Below are positions 1 to 8,399 of a DNA stretch of 64,000 nucleotides, one piece after another (position 1 is the first letter of the stretch; each line of letters starts with the position of its first letter). The position numbers and the translations under genes are program-made. The stretch comes from a virus, in IMG/VR virus record IMGVR_UViG_3300045141_000199, positions 1-64,000 of that record. The stretch is one strand, 5' to 3'. The notes under the pieces are model-generated. The model did not search any database. It saw nothing but the letters and a program-made list of their open reading frames with translations, and was not told the DNA's origin.

Positions 1-76
1 AAACGCCTGTGGTACGAAGCTCTGCCCCTAATGGCAGGCCAGGCTTAGCGCCAGCGACGTTGCTAAAGTTCACTAA

Positions 77-274
77 ATGGCAATCGAAAAGCAGCCAACC
101 AAGGAACGTAAAAGGGTGTATTTGAGCCCAACTGGCCCCAAAAAGGTCGGCGTTTTGCCGGCCGCGGTGGCCGGACCGACCCGGCCGGTCAAAAAGAACG
201 CCTCCGGAGGCACCAAGAGCCGCCAGATGGCCCGTCCGGCGCAGGGCCGCCCGAACTTGCAATCCACGATCTAA
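77..274 (+). CDS. small basic hypothetical protein (probably leaderless)
   Basis: 65-aa K/R-rich ORF; TGc-TAAAGT extended -10 lies 7 nt before the ATG. Confidence 0.45.
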   Translation: MAIEKQPTKERKRVYLSPTGPKKVGVLPAAVAGPTRPVKKNASGGTKSRQMARPAQGRPNLQSTI

Positions 275-292
275 GGCCGCTATACTGCGAGG

Positions 293-451
293 ATGGAGCT
301 TTTCGTCCTCATCCTCTACTACTGCGTAATCGCCGTCTGCGCCCTGTTTGTGGCAGCTTTGGTTGCGTCCGTCTACTTGATCGTTGCCATCCTCGGCGGG
401 CTCTGGTACCTTGTGGAGCGCGTGAGGGGAAAGACCCCGGCCGCAGACTGA
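293..451 (+). CDS. small membrane protein (52 aa)
   Basis: Hand-translated MELFVLILYYCVIAVCALFVAALVASVYLIVAILGGLWYL...; TATACT 6 nt upstream of the ATG. Confidence 0.55.
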   Translation: MELFVLILYYCVIAVCALFVAALVASVYLIVAILGGLWYLVERVRGKTPAAD

Positions 452-696
452 CGGGGATTCAGGTGCGGCCGGGGCGCTTCTGCTAGGCTGGTCGATGACC
501 GGCTCTGGTCGAAACGCTAGGAACGCCGTCGAGGGCAACTTCGGCGGCGTTCTGCTAGTCTGGCGGGGCGCCGCTCGCCTCCGTGGCTCACAGGCAGGGA
601 CGGGCGGCGCTGTGGTAACGCGTCTAGGTCCCTCAGAGCCCCGCCGGTCGTGGTCTTCCTTCCAGCATGATCGGCGGGGCTCTGCTATGCTGTAGC

Positions 697-768
697 GGTC
701 CTCCTCCTTTCCGAAGGACAAGCAGCCAGAAAGGCCCGCCCTCCTCATCCCGAGGGCGGGCCTTATTT
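697..768 (+). ncRNA. predicted small RNA carrying anti-Shine-Dalgarno sequence
   Basis: TGc-TATGCT -10 at 683-691; CCTCCTTTC at 703-711 mostly in the loop of a GTCCT/AGGAC hairpin; ends in a 13-bp terminator-like hairpin 731-764. Confidence 0.5.
731..768 (+). terminator. intrinsic terminator-like hairpin
   Basis: aaggcccgccctc / gagggcgggcctt stem followed by attt. Confidence 0.65.
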
Positions 769-786
769 CTGCTACGATCGCCGCCG

Positions 787-1176
787 ATGGCGACGAACAA
801 TCAGCTCGTACGCAAGGGGCGCAAGGCCAAGCACCGGAAAGTCAAGCGGCCTGCGCTGGAAGGCGCTCCGCAGAAGCGCGGCGTCTGCATGCGCGTGTAC
901 GTCATCAAACCGCGCAAGCCGAACTCGGCCTTGCGGAAGGTCGCTCGCGTGCGCCTGGTCAACGGCATGGAGGTAACGGCCGCCGTACCTGGCGAGGGCC
1001 ACAACCTACAGGAGCACTCCGTAGTTCTGTTGAGGGGCGGAAGCGTGCCCGATCTCGGCGGAGTGAACTACAAGGTAATCCGCGGCGTGCTCGATTGCGC
1101 TGGCGTCGCCGATCGCGAGCAGTCGCGCTCGAAGTACGGTAAGAAGAAAGACGAGGCGCGCAAGAAAAAGCGGTGA
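787..1176 (+). CDS. rpsL: 30S ribosomal protein S12 (uS12), divergent phage-borne copy
   Basis: [10 protein letters not shown]...PQKRGVC...[13 protein letters not shown]...[10 protein letters not shown]...RSKYG is colinear with S12; start placed at ATG 787, 8 nt after TGc-TACGAT. Confidence 0.96.
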   Translation: MATNNQLVRKGRKAKHRKVKRPALEGAPQKRGVCMRVYVIKPRKPNSALRKVARVRLVNGMEVTAAVPGEGHNLQEHSVVLLRGGSVPDLGGVNYKVIRGVLDCAGVADREQSRSKYGKKKDEARKKKR

Positions 1177-1201
1177 CAGACGGGAGCGTAGAATCGCTCC
1201 C

Positions 1202-2563
1202 ATGCGATTGAAGCGAATCATCGCAGTCATTGCAGGATGTGTCGCCTTCTCGGCAGGCACAGCTCAAGCGGCGGTCCCTGGGCCAGCTCTTTCCGCTGAA
1301 GGCCACTCTTTGAAATGGACGGCCGTAGCTAGCGCTACCCAATATAAGCTCTACGGCTCGTACGAAAATCAGCACGTCGCGTACGTGATCTCGGGCTTAT
1401 CGGCCACACCAAGTGAAATTGTCGGCCAATCCGTGCGCTGGAAAGTCAAAGCAATGGCGCCGGCCGTATCGCGTTGGTCTAATACAGTAACGATCGCTTA
1501 TTCTGAAGGCGAAAGCCAGAAAGAAAAAGAAGAACGCGAAGCTAAAGAAAAAGCTGAACGCGAACAGAAAGAACGTGAAGAAAGAGAACTGAAAGAAAAA
1601 ATCGAACGGGAAGAACGCGAAGCTAAAGAAAAAGAAGAACGAGAAAAAGAACAGACCGGCGAAGCTGGCAAGGTGAAAAACCGCTTAGATGCCAGAACGG
1701 AATACGATGGTATCCCGGTCGAATGGTTTCAGAAACTTACTAGATTATTAGCCTACCCAACGGCCGGCGACCGCTATCCGAAAGCCGGCGTTGAAACCGT
1801 TGCTTATCACGACGCATGGACGACCTGGGGCTCAAGCGGCGCTACTCATAAGAGTGAATACGTAGCCTGGGTTCACCGTGATAAGGAAATCGGCAAATAC
1901 GCCGGCCAATTCATGGACGATATCAACTATGGGCCTAGCGCTGGCAATAAGGCCGGAACGGACGCCCAATACCGTGAATTAGTCGAAGCCGTTCGAGCTG
2001 AGTTAGGGCCGGCCGGCATAATTGAGATGAACTCTCAATACGCCGATATCTGGCCGCAAATCAAGGCTAAAAACCCTGATGTGCTAAAAGCCCTTGAATA
2101 TGTCAATGTTGTTACTAAGGAGTTTAACGTTGATGCCACGTCAGGCATTAACAGCTCTGATAGATACCGAGAATTCATGGAATTCACTGATTTCCTAGAG
2201 AGCAAAAAAATTGGCATTACGATGTCGGGTGACTCGAATCATAATGGCAGCGCCGAACGTGAGTACAGTTTGGCAACTTACTACTTAGTGAATGACGGAC
2301 TAGACTATATCGGATTTGCTAAACAGTCACCATCGAGCCAGTATCCAGGATTACTGCTCAACATCGGCAACGCAACCAGTCCACGCGAACGCTCATCTAG
2401 TGGTGTCTGGAAACGTAGCTTCGCTAAAGGCGTTGCTTACACTGTTGAGCCGGGCGCAGCAACTCAGACGATAACCCTAGCTAAACCAATGAAAAGGCTA
2501 GACGGCACCACAGTTAGCAGCGTAACGTTGGCCCCCGCTAACGGCGCCGTGCTACAATTCTAA
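1202..2563 (+). CDS. secreted protein with E/K coiled-coil linker and putative glycoside hydrolase (GHL15-like TIM barrel) domain
   Basis: Signal peptide ending AQA; EKEERE repeats; FMDDIN and WKRSFAKGV motifs resemble GHL15-type proteins (family recalled, not searched). Confidence 0.55.
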   Translation: MRLKRIIAVIAGCVAFSAGTAQAAVPGPALSAEGHSLKWTAVASATQYKLYGSYENQHVAYVISGLSATPSEIVGQSVRWKVKAMAPAVSRWSNTVTIAYSEGESQKEKEEREAKEKAEREQKEREERELKEKIEREEREAKEKEEREKEQTGEAGKVKNRLDARTEYDGIPVEWFQKLTRLLAYPTAGDRYPKAGVETVAYHDAWTTWGSSGATHKSEYVAWVHRDKEIGKYAGQFMDDINYGPSAGNKAGTDAQYRELVEAVRAELGPAGIIEMNSQYADIWPQIKAKNPDVLKALEYVNVVTKEFNVDATSGINSSDRYREFMEFTDFLESKKIGITMSGDSNHNGSAEREYSLATYYLVNDGLDYIGFAKQSPSSQYPGLLLNIGNATSPRERSSSGVWKRSFAKGVAYTVEPGAATQTITLAKPMKRLDGTTVSSVTLAPANGAVLQF

Positions 2564-2565
2564 GC

Positions 2566-2855
2566 ACAAGCAGCCCCAGCGACGATGGCTAAGCAACAGC
2601 TTAGAGGAAGTTCGGGGCACCCCCTATAGGGAAACCTATAGGTTCACAGGCCGGCGGGAGTTAGTAACCTAAACGTTAGAACCGCGAGCGCGCCGCACGG
2701 CGCAGTTGCCAAGGCTGGGTGCGATCCCAAAACAGGCACCTAAGGTTCGCTAGGGTGACTAAGGTAGGGAGCGGTACTCCGTTGGGAGGCGCGGCCGACG
2801 GCCGCAGATAGATCATCGTCTAAAACAGAACCCCGGCTATGCTGGGGCTGCTTGT
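2566..2855 (+). ncRNA. rnpB: RNase P RNA (compact variant)
   Basis: Perfect 15-bp P1 (2566-2580/2841-2855); P2 gacgatg/catcgtc; P3; CR-I GAGGAAGTTCGGGGCAC pairs with CR-V ACAGAACCCCGGCTAT to form P4 with bulged U; P15 with GGTA motif; AGATAGAT CR-IV. Confidence 0.93.
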
Positions 2856-2867
2856 AATATAAGGTAA

Positions 2868-3194
2868 ATGGCGAACCTCGTAGTCAAGCTAAATGACACC
2901 TACCCTCCTGTAGAAGCGACTCTAGAATCAACCGTTAGCGGGTCGCTGGCGCCAATCGATTTAACTCCCGCTACCTCGATCTTCTTTATTATGAAGCTGG
3001 GCGTAGTAAAAATCAAGGAATTAGCTACGGTTATCGATGCTGTAAACGGCAAGGTACAGTATAAATGGAAAGCTGGGGATACTTCCACAGTAGGCATCTA
3101 TCGCGTTGAGTGGGAGATACACTGGACCGGCGGCATCGAGACGATCCCTAACGAAGGCTACGATACGATCGAAATTCAGGAAGACCTTGGCTAA
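2868..3194 (+). CDS. BppU-like baseplate/virion Ig-fold protein
   Basis: VKLNDTYP...GKVQYKWKAGDT...EWEIHW...TIPNEGY pattern typical of BppU N-terminal domains. Confidence 0.65.
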   Translation: MANLVVKLNDTYPPVEATLESTVSGSLAPIDLTPATSIFFIMKLGVVKIKELATVIDAVNGKVQYKWKAGDTSTVGIYRVEWEIHWTGGIETIPNEGYDTIEIQEDLG

Positions 3195-4894
3195 TGGAGG
3201 TATTTGCTAATACCAAAGTTCCCTTAGGAAACCTGACCAAAGCTCTAACTGCTTCAACCGGCGACAACAAACTGAAAATCTCCACGGCCGCGCCCGTGGC
3301 TTTACGCGCTGGAACATTCCGCATCATGGTCGATCAGGAGATCATGATGGTAACAGTGGCGCCCGGGACCACCGTGGAATGGCAGGTCGAACGCGCGATC
3401 GAGGGCAGCCCGCTCGAAATACACGCCAACACGGCCCCCGTCTCGCACAAGTTCACGGCTGGGGCGGCTGCCCTGTTCCTACAGACAGCCAGCCCTACTC
3501 TAATTACAGGGTCTGTAGCTGAAAATTTTGTCCCGACAGGCACTTCTATACCGGGAGTTGCGGCCTGGGCCGAAAGCGTGGGGGCTACGAAAGCGTGGGT
3601 TGAAGAACATTTCCTAGAGAGCGAACACGTAACCGAACTCCGAGGCTTTGCAAATGGAGTCCCTAGCGGATCGGGCGGAGTAGCTAATGCCGGCACGATT
3701 CCTTTCGGAATTGGCCTCGGAATAATGAAGCAAATCCCTCTTGTGCTGTTAGTGCAAGAATTAGCGGGGCTAAGGCTAGATATAGAAACCACGCCAGTAA
3801 CTACTGCCATAACTTTGGCTTATGGTAAAGCCTACAAACTGGAAACGCCTGGCCTGGTGTACAAAATCGAAGTGGCTTCAACGTCTGGACTGGAAATCCT
3901 GGTTGAGAACACATCATCGGGCGAAGTCAAACTCAAAGGAAAGTTCGGCGAAGAAACCGAAACGACGATCATCCTTAAAAACAAAGAAGCCATAACGTAT
4001 AAGACGGACATTCACGGCTGGCTTTTCCCTCTAACTTACAGCCGAACGGCTGCTCAAATCCAGGAAATCGCGGTGCCAAAGGGCACAAACCGCGCTGCAA
4101 TTGGCTTCGCAGAAGGCTTTGAAGCCGGCGGTAAAGCCAACAGCTCGACTACGCTGCTGAAAGGCGCGTTTGTCGGCGTTGTAAACGGCAAAGCTCCAAC
4201 GGATGGCACATTCGCGTTGGGTGATTGGGTCATTGACCGCTCGAACGGCATGACCTGGGTGTGCTCGGTCGCCGGAACTCCCGGAACGTGGATTAACGAA
4301 TCTACTAATTACCTAACTAAGAATTCGATCGATGCGGTTGCATCCGGGTTTGACGCCCAAACATTCGATATTCCTAACGATGAAAAAGCACCTGTCAAAG
4401 AAAACGTGCATTTCGTGAAGATCATGATTCCGATCACCACGAAAATCGGTAAAGTCTACATGATTATTCCGACCGGCGGAAAAGGCGCCGCCATAGCAGC
4501 CACAAGTCGCCTAGGCATTTACGGCAAACCTGTAGCGGGCGTTTCTACGAGACTGTGGGAATCAGGCTCGATGGAAACACAATTTGCAGAAGAAAATACC
4601 ATGCTGAAAATAGCGGTGTCACCCAACATCAACATAACCGGCGGTCCCGAAGAATTCATATGGATAGCGGTTCTTGGTGTGGGAACCACAATGCCTAAAT
4701 TCGCCTCCGCGCTAGGAATTGGAACGCCGGCCGTGCAGAACACCGGAGTTACCGCAAGTGAAATGCGCTTCGGTATCGACAAAAATACACCAAAAACCAC
4801 GCTGCCTGCGTCATATACGACGGCTACCGAATTCTTAAAGACAAGCTCGACCGCGGCCGCGGCGCCGTTCTTTTGGGCGGCGGTGAGCAAATAA
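3194..4894 (+). CDS. putative tail fibre/virion structural protein
   Basis: 566-aa G/T/A-rich ORF; PTDGTFALGDW...WVCSVAGTPGTW hinge motif common in tail spikes; TAATG coupling. Confidence 0.6.
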   Translation: MEVFANTKVPLGNLTKALTASTGDNKLKISTAAPVALRAGTFRIMVDQEIMMVTVAPGTTVEWQVERAIEGSPLEIHANTAPVSHKFTAGAAALFLQTASPTLITGSVAENFVPTGTSIPGVAAWAESVGATKAWVEEHFLESEHVTELRGFANGVPSGSGGVANAGTIPFGIGLGIMKQIPLVLLVQELAGLRLDIETTPVTTAITLAYGKAYKLETPGLVYKIEVASTSGLEILVENTSSGEVKLKGKFGEETETTIILKNKEAITYKTDIHGWLFPLTYSRTAAQIQEIAVPKGTNRAAIGFAEGFEAGGKANSSTTLLKGAFVGVVNGKAPTDGTFALGDWVIDRSNGMTWVCSVAGTPGTWINESTNYLTKNSIDAVASGFDAQTFDIPNDEKAPVKENVHFVKIMIPITTKIGKVYMIIPTGGKGAAIAATSRLGIYGKPVAGVSTRLWESGSMETQFAEENTMLKIAVSPNINITGGPEEFIWIAVLGVGTTMPKFASALGIGTPAVQNTGVTASEMRFGIDKNTPKTTLPASYTTATEFLKTSSTAAAAPFFWAAVSK

Positions 4895-5224
4895 ATGCAG
4901 ATTCCTAGCTTATTACCTGAATTGCTTGGTTCAACCTCTGGCGGCGGTGAATCGACATCGGTCGTTGAAATCTTTCAGGCGTCTGGTTATGGCGATGATT
5001 TCCTTGGAAACCTTGCCTGGGGCGGAGATTTCGTTGAAACCACCGTTACGATCATCGAAGTTACGCCGTCTCCGATTGAACCGCCGACAAAGGCACCTAT
5101 TTTTGGGTTGGTGTCGGCCGCGCCCCTCAGAGTGCTTATATCTAAAGGCAATTTGAACGACAGAAAATCGGGCGCAACCCTAACCCCTTACAAAGCTAAG
5201 AGCCACTTCTATGCCGGACAGTAG
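4895..5224 (+). CDS. hypothetical protein
   Basis: ORF abutting both neighbours in the operon. Confidence 0.55.
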   Translation: MQIPSLLPELLGSTSGGGESTSVVEIFQASGYGDDFLGNLAWGGDFVETTVTIIEVTPSPIEPPTKAPIFGLVSAAPLRVLISKGNLNDRKSGATLTPYKAKSHFYAGQ

Positions 5225-5888
5225 AAAGAATTTCTCAGTTAGCACGGTGGCGAAAGCCCCTGAACCGCCGACGACGGGCCTCAGCCTGGAAGTTACGGCC
5301 GGTGAGGGCGTACGCTTTCCTACGCCGCCATTCAATGCGGTGGTAGCTCCCGAAAAAGAAATCGCCACGCCCGAAAATGCTGAGGTTATTCGGGTGACGG
5401 CAATTTCTGTGAACAAATTCACGATCGTTCGCAAACAAGAGAGCAGCGTAGCTCAGCCAATAGCGGCCGGCTTCAGGATTTACTCGGGACAAACCGATAA
5501 GGTCCTGAAAGATATCGAAGCTGGCTTGGTTGGACCGGCCGGTCCTACGGGGGCTACTGGCCCGCCCGGAACCGAACTCGCGCTAGGCGTTGCGGTTACA
5601 ACTACCCCGCGGGTTGTTAAAAAAACCGACGCTGGCAAATCACTTGACGTAAACAGCGCCGTAACCGTGACCATCAAGGTCGAACCGTTCGGCGTAGAAG
5701 GCATACCTGAAGGTAGCGTGTTCGAAATTCTGAAACTAGGAACAGGTAAAGTCAAAATCGAATTTGTCAGCCCGGCAACTGCAATTCCCGTTGCTGCGAC
5801 TTACGAACTTAGGGAAACCGGATCGATCGCTGGTCTGCGGAAAATAGATGGAGCGAATAAATGGGCGATCAGCGGAGATTACGTCTAA
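5211..5888 (+). CDS. putative virion fibre protein with short collagen-like stretch
   Basis: N-terminal AEVIRVTAIS...TIVRKQE module; GPAGPTGATGPPG; C-terminal WAISGD. Confidence 0.6.
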   Translation: MPDSRKNFSVSTVAKAPEPPTTGLSLEVTAGEGVRFPTPPFNAVVAPEKEIATPENAEVIRVTAISVNKFTIVRKQESSVAQPIAAGFRIYSGQTDKVLKDIEAGLVGPAGPTGATGPPGTELALGVAVTTTPRVVKKTDAGKSLDVNSAVTVTIKVEPFGVEGIPEGSVFEILKLGTGKVKIEFVSPATAIPVAATYELRETGSIAGLRKIDGANKWAISGDYV

Positions 5889-8089
5889 TGCGCGGCCGTA
5901 GGATTTCAACTGAGCGCGGCAAAGTAGTGAAACCGCCTCCTACGATTTTGCCGCAGGGATTGTACTCATGGGGGTTTGACTACGAGGGGGCGCTCGGCGG
6001 CGGCTACGAGCATTATGGCCAAGGTTTCTCTTTCCCTCAAGGCGTAATCACGGTCGATAAAGTAGTAGACATAGCCTGCGGCGAGCGCCATACGATTGTC
6101 GCCAAAGAAAATGGCGCGATCTACATGTGGGGTACCAAGAGGATTGGTGTTCAAGGCGACGGAGCCGGAACCGACCTAGCTGGCGAAGAATCACAGCCTA
6201 CCCCATTGCAGGTCATGGGCGGGATTCCGTTATGGAAAGACGAATTCTTTGAAGATAAATCGAAACCACCGAAAACATTTGAACTAAAAGAAAGTGAAGC
6301 GCCGGTAGCTCCGCTTATGGCGACTTCCCCAACAAACATTCTTATACCCTGCACGCAAGTTGCGGCCGCCAATATTACTGCCTTTGCTCGTACCGCCGAC
6401 GGTCGCGTGCTGGCGTGGGGTTCGGGCGCAGACGTAGGCTTGCTGGCTAACGGCTGGCACCCGGAACACTCAGAATTTCCCCAGCGTAAATACGAAGCTG
6501 GCAAATTACGGCCGCAGCGCGCCCCATGGTGGGTCCAAACTGGCCCGCCGATTCAGGCCGTAGCTCCTGGTGAAACGAATATCCTCAAAGGTGTCAAGGA
6601 AGTTGCTGCTACTTTCTTCTGCGCGTATTTCCTAAAGGAAAACGGCGAAGTTTGGTATTGCGGTTCACCTACTCAAGTAGAAGACGTTATCTACGCTGAA
6701 CCCGAGCCTCTATGGGCGGCGGAAGGTGATCTTCGCGCTGTAGAAATTGATTGTGGACACGATCAATACACTTTGCGGCTCAATAATGGTGAAGTTCGCG
6801 TAGTCGGCTATTGCAAGGAAGGTATGTGGGGAACCGGAGTCGAAGAGGAAAAAGAACTCAAAAAAAATGTTACTAGGGAAGTCAAGACACCAGAAATTTC
6901 TCCAGGCGTGCCGCTAACTGGCGTGATCCAGATATCACAGGGCCAATACAATGTAAAGGCGCTAAAAAGCGATGGAACCCTCTGGACATGGGGATCGAAT
7001 GGAACTTACCCCGGCAACAACCCAACCGTTTTCAACGATGAACCTTCGCAGGGGCTTGGCGCTCCCATAGAGCGGCCGCCTACAAAGCGGCCGGTTCAGA
7101 TAACCTCGCTAGGAAATCAAGTAAAAGAAATCCGTTGCGGAGGCATGATCCGCGGAACGGGAACTTTCGGGGGCGATGTGTGTATCGCGTTGATGAAAGA
7201 CGAAACCATTAGGACGTGGGGGAAGAACAACGACACCGATACCGGCCCTTCTAACTTTCACGGTCAGGGAACCGGAACTCTTGGCGATACAACCTACGAG
7301 AATAAAGGGGCGCCAACCCCGGTGGCGCTCAGCAACATTACCAAAGTAGAAACTGGACAGGCACATATGGTTGTCGTCCAGCAACCTGGAGCGCCCGCAA
7401 CGCCTACGATAAAAGCGACTATAGCCGGCAAAGTTGTAACGGTCGAATGGGAACCCGTAGCAGGAGCGGCCGGAGAAATGCCAACATGGAGGCTGCCGGA
7501 ATCGTGGGACGTTCTTATTCAACGCCAGGGAGAAAATCCCGCCACGAAAAAATCGGAGGCCGTCCAGCGTAAAAACAAACTGTCTTACGCTACGCGAAGT
7601 CAGGCGTTTACTGTCACGACCGAACCTTGGCCTGGAGCACCTAAAACGTTTGAAATAAGTGTTATCGAGAACGCAAAAGGAGAATCGCCGGCTATTACTA
7701 CGCCTGGTGCGATTCCTTACAGCGGTGATCCAGGGATAGGAATAAACGCAGTTTTGCTTTCGTCGTCGGGAGGCAAACTCAAAGTAGAATGGGCCAACCC
7801 CGTAAAAGAAGAATTAGGCTGGTATGTTGAGTGGCAACGTAACGAAGAATATCTCGACAAAAATGGCAAACTTACGAAAGACAACTTTGTCCGCGAGCCA
7901 GAAATCCAAAACCCGGCAGCGCGCTCATATGAATGGACCCCAACCCCTTCTCCTCACGGCCTTACTACTACACAGTTTGTCGTGGAAGTCTATGGAACCT
8001 TCGGCGGCCGCACAAAGGCCGGCGGATCAAATGAAGATGCAGGCTCGTATAGAAAGCGCGTAGCTTTCATCGAAGTTCCTACCTCGTAA
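5888..8089 (+). CDS. RCC1/BLIP-II repeat beta-propeller protein with C-terminal Fn3-like domains
   Basis: Repeats IACGERHT...GAIYMWG, DGRVLAWG, DGTLWTWG; start placed at the TAATG overlap (5888). Confidence 0.8.
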   Translation: MRGRRISTERGKVVKPPPTILPQGLYSWGFDYEGALGGGYEHYGQGFSFPQGVITVDKVVDIACGERHTIVAKENGAIYMWGTKRIGVQGDGAGTDLAGEESQPTPLQVMGGIPLWKDEFFEDKSKPPKTFELKESEAPVAPLMATSPTNILIPCTQVAAANITAFARTADGRVLAWGSGADVGLLANGWHPEHSEFPQRKYEAGKLRPQRAPWWVQTGPPIQAVAPGETNILKGVKEVAATFFCAYFLKENGEVWYCGSPTQVEDVIYAEPEPLWAAEGDLRAVEIDCGHDQYTLRLNNGEVRVVGYCKEGMWGTGVEEEKELKKNVTREVKTPEISPGVPLTGVIQISQGQYNVKALKSDGTLWTWGSNGTYPGNNPTVFNDEPSQGLGAPIERPPTKRPVQITSLGNQVKEIRCGGMIRGTGTFGGDVCIALMKDETIRTWGKNNDTDTGPSNFHGQGTGTLGDTTYENKGAPTPVALSNITKVETGQAHMVVVQQPGAPATPTIKATIAGKVVTVEWEPVAGAAGEMPTWRLPESWDVLIQRQGENPATKKSEAVQRKNKLSYATRSQAFTVTTEPWPGAPKTFEISVIENAKGESPAITTPGAIPYSGDPGIGINAVLLSSSGGKLKVEWANPVKEELGWYVEWQRNEEYLDKNGKLTKDNFVREPEIQNPAARSYEWTPTPSPHGLTTTQFVVEVYGTFGGRTKAGGSNEDAGSYRKRVAFIEVPTS

Positions 8090-8108
8090 AGCACTCGTCG
8101 CTAAGATG

Positions 8109-8117
8109 TGCTATAGT
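8109..8117 (+). promoter_or_regulatory. extended -10 promoter of tRNA cluster 1
   Basis: TGcTATAGT; the same TGnTATAGT precedes cluster 2 (10291-10299) and cluster 3 (12683-12691). Confidence 0.7.
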
Positions 8118-8168
8118 TATCCGTCCGGTTGATAGCCGGCCTCGCCCCACAGGGATGTGGGGCTCCAC

Positions 8169-8241
8169 GGGGGTTTAGCTCAGTTGGGAGAGCGCCTGTT
8201 TTGCAAGCAGGAAGTCAAGGGTTCGAGTCCCTTATCCTCCA
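8169..8241 (+). tRNA. tRNA-Ala(UGC)
   Basis: Cloverleaf with G3:U70, anticodon TGC. Confidence 0.95.
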
Positions 8242-8243
8242 TC

Positions 8244-8315
8244 GGACGATTAGCTCAGTGGGAGAGCTTTCGGTTTACACCCGGAGAGTCATAGGTTCGA
8301 ATCCTATATCGTCCA
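8244..8315 (+). tRNA. tRNA-Val(UAC)
   Basis: Cloverleaf, loop TT TAC AC. Confidence 0.93.
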
Positions 8316-8319
8316 TAAC

Positions 8320-8394
8320 GGTGAATTAGCTTAGTCCGGGCAAAGCACCCGTCTGATACGCGGGCGATCCAAGGTTCGAATCCTTGATTCACCA
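8320..8394 (+). tRNA. tRNA-Ile(GAU)
   Basis: Cloverleaf, loop CT GAT AC. Confidence 0.93.
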
Positions 8395-8399
8395 CTCTC

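Noticed and set aside
667-786. 40-aa N-terminal extension of S12 in the ORF track
   Set aside because: Homology starts at MATNNQL (787); the extension spans the sRNA/terminator, and a -10 box sits just before 787
787-1176. rpsL as host chromosome at a prophage boundary
   Set aside because: No rpsG/fusA/tuf or rpoC nearby, and flanks share the phage promoter and terminator motifs; misassembly cannot be fully excluded without reads
8121-8167. tmRNA piece (ends in CTCCA)
   Set aside because: No T arm, tag reading frame or matching 5' acceptor strand
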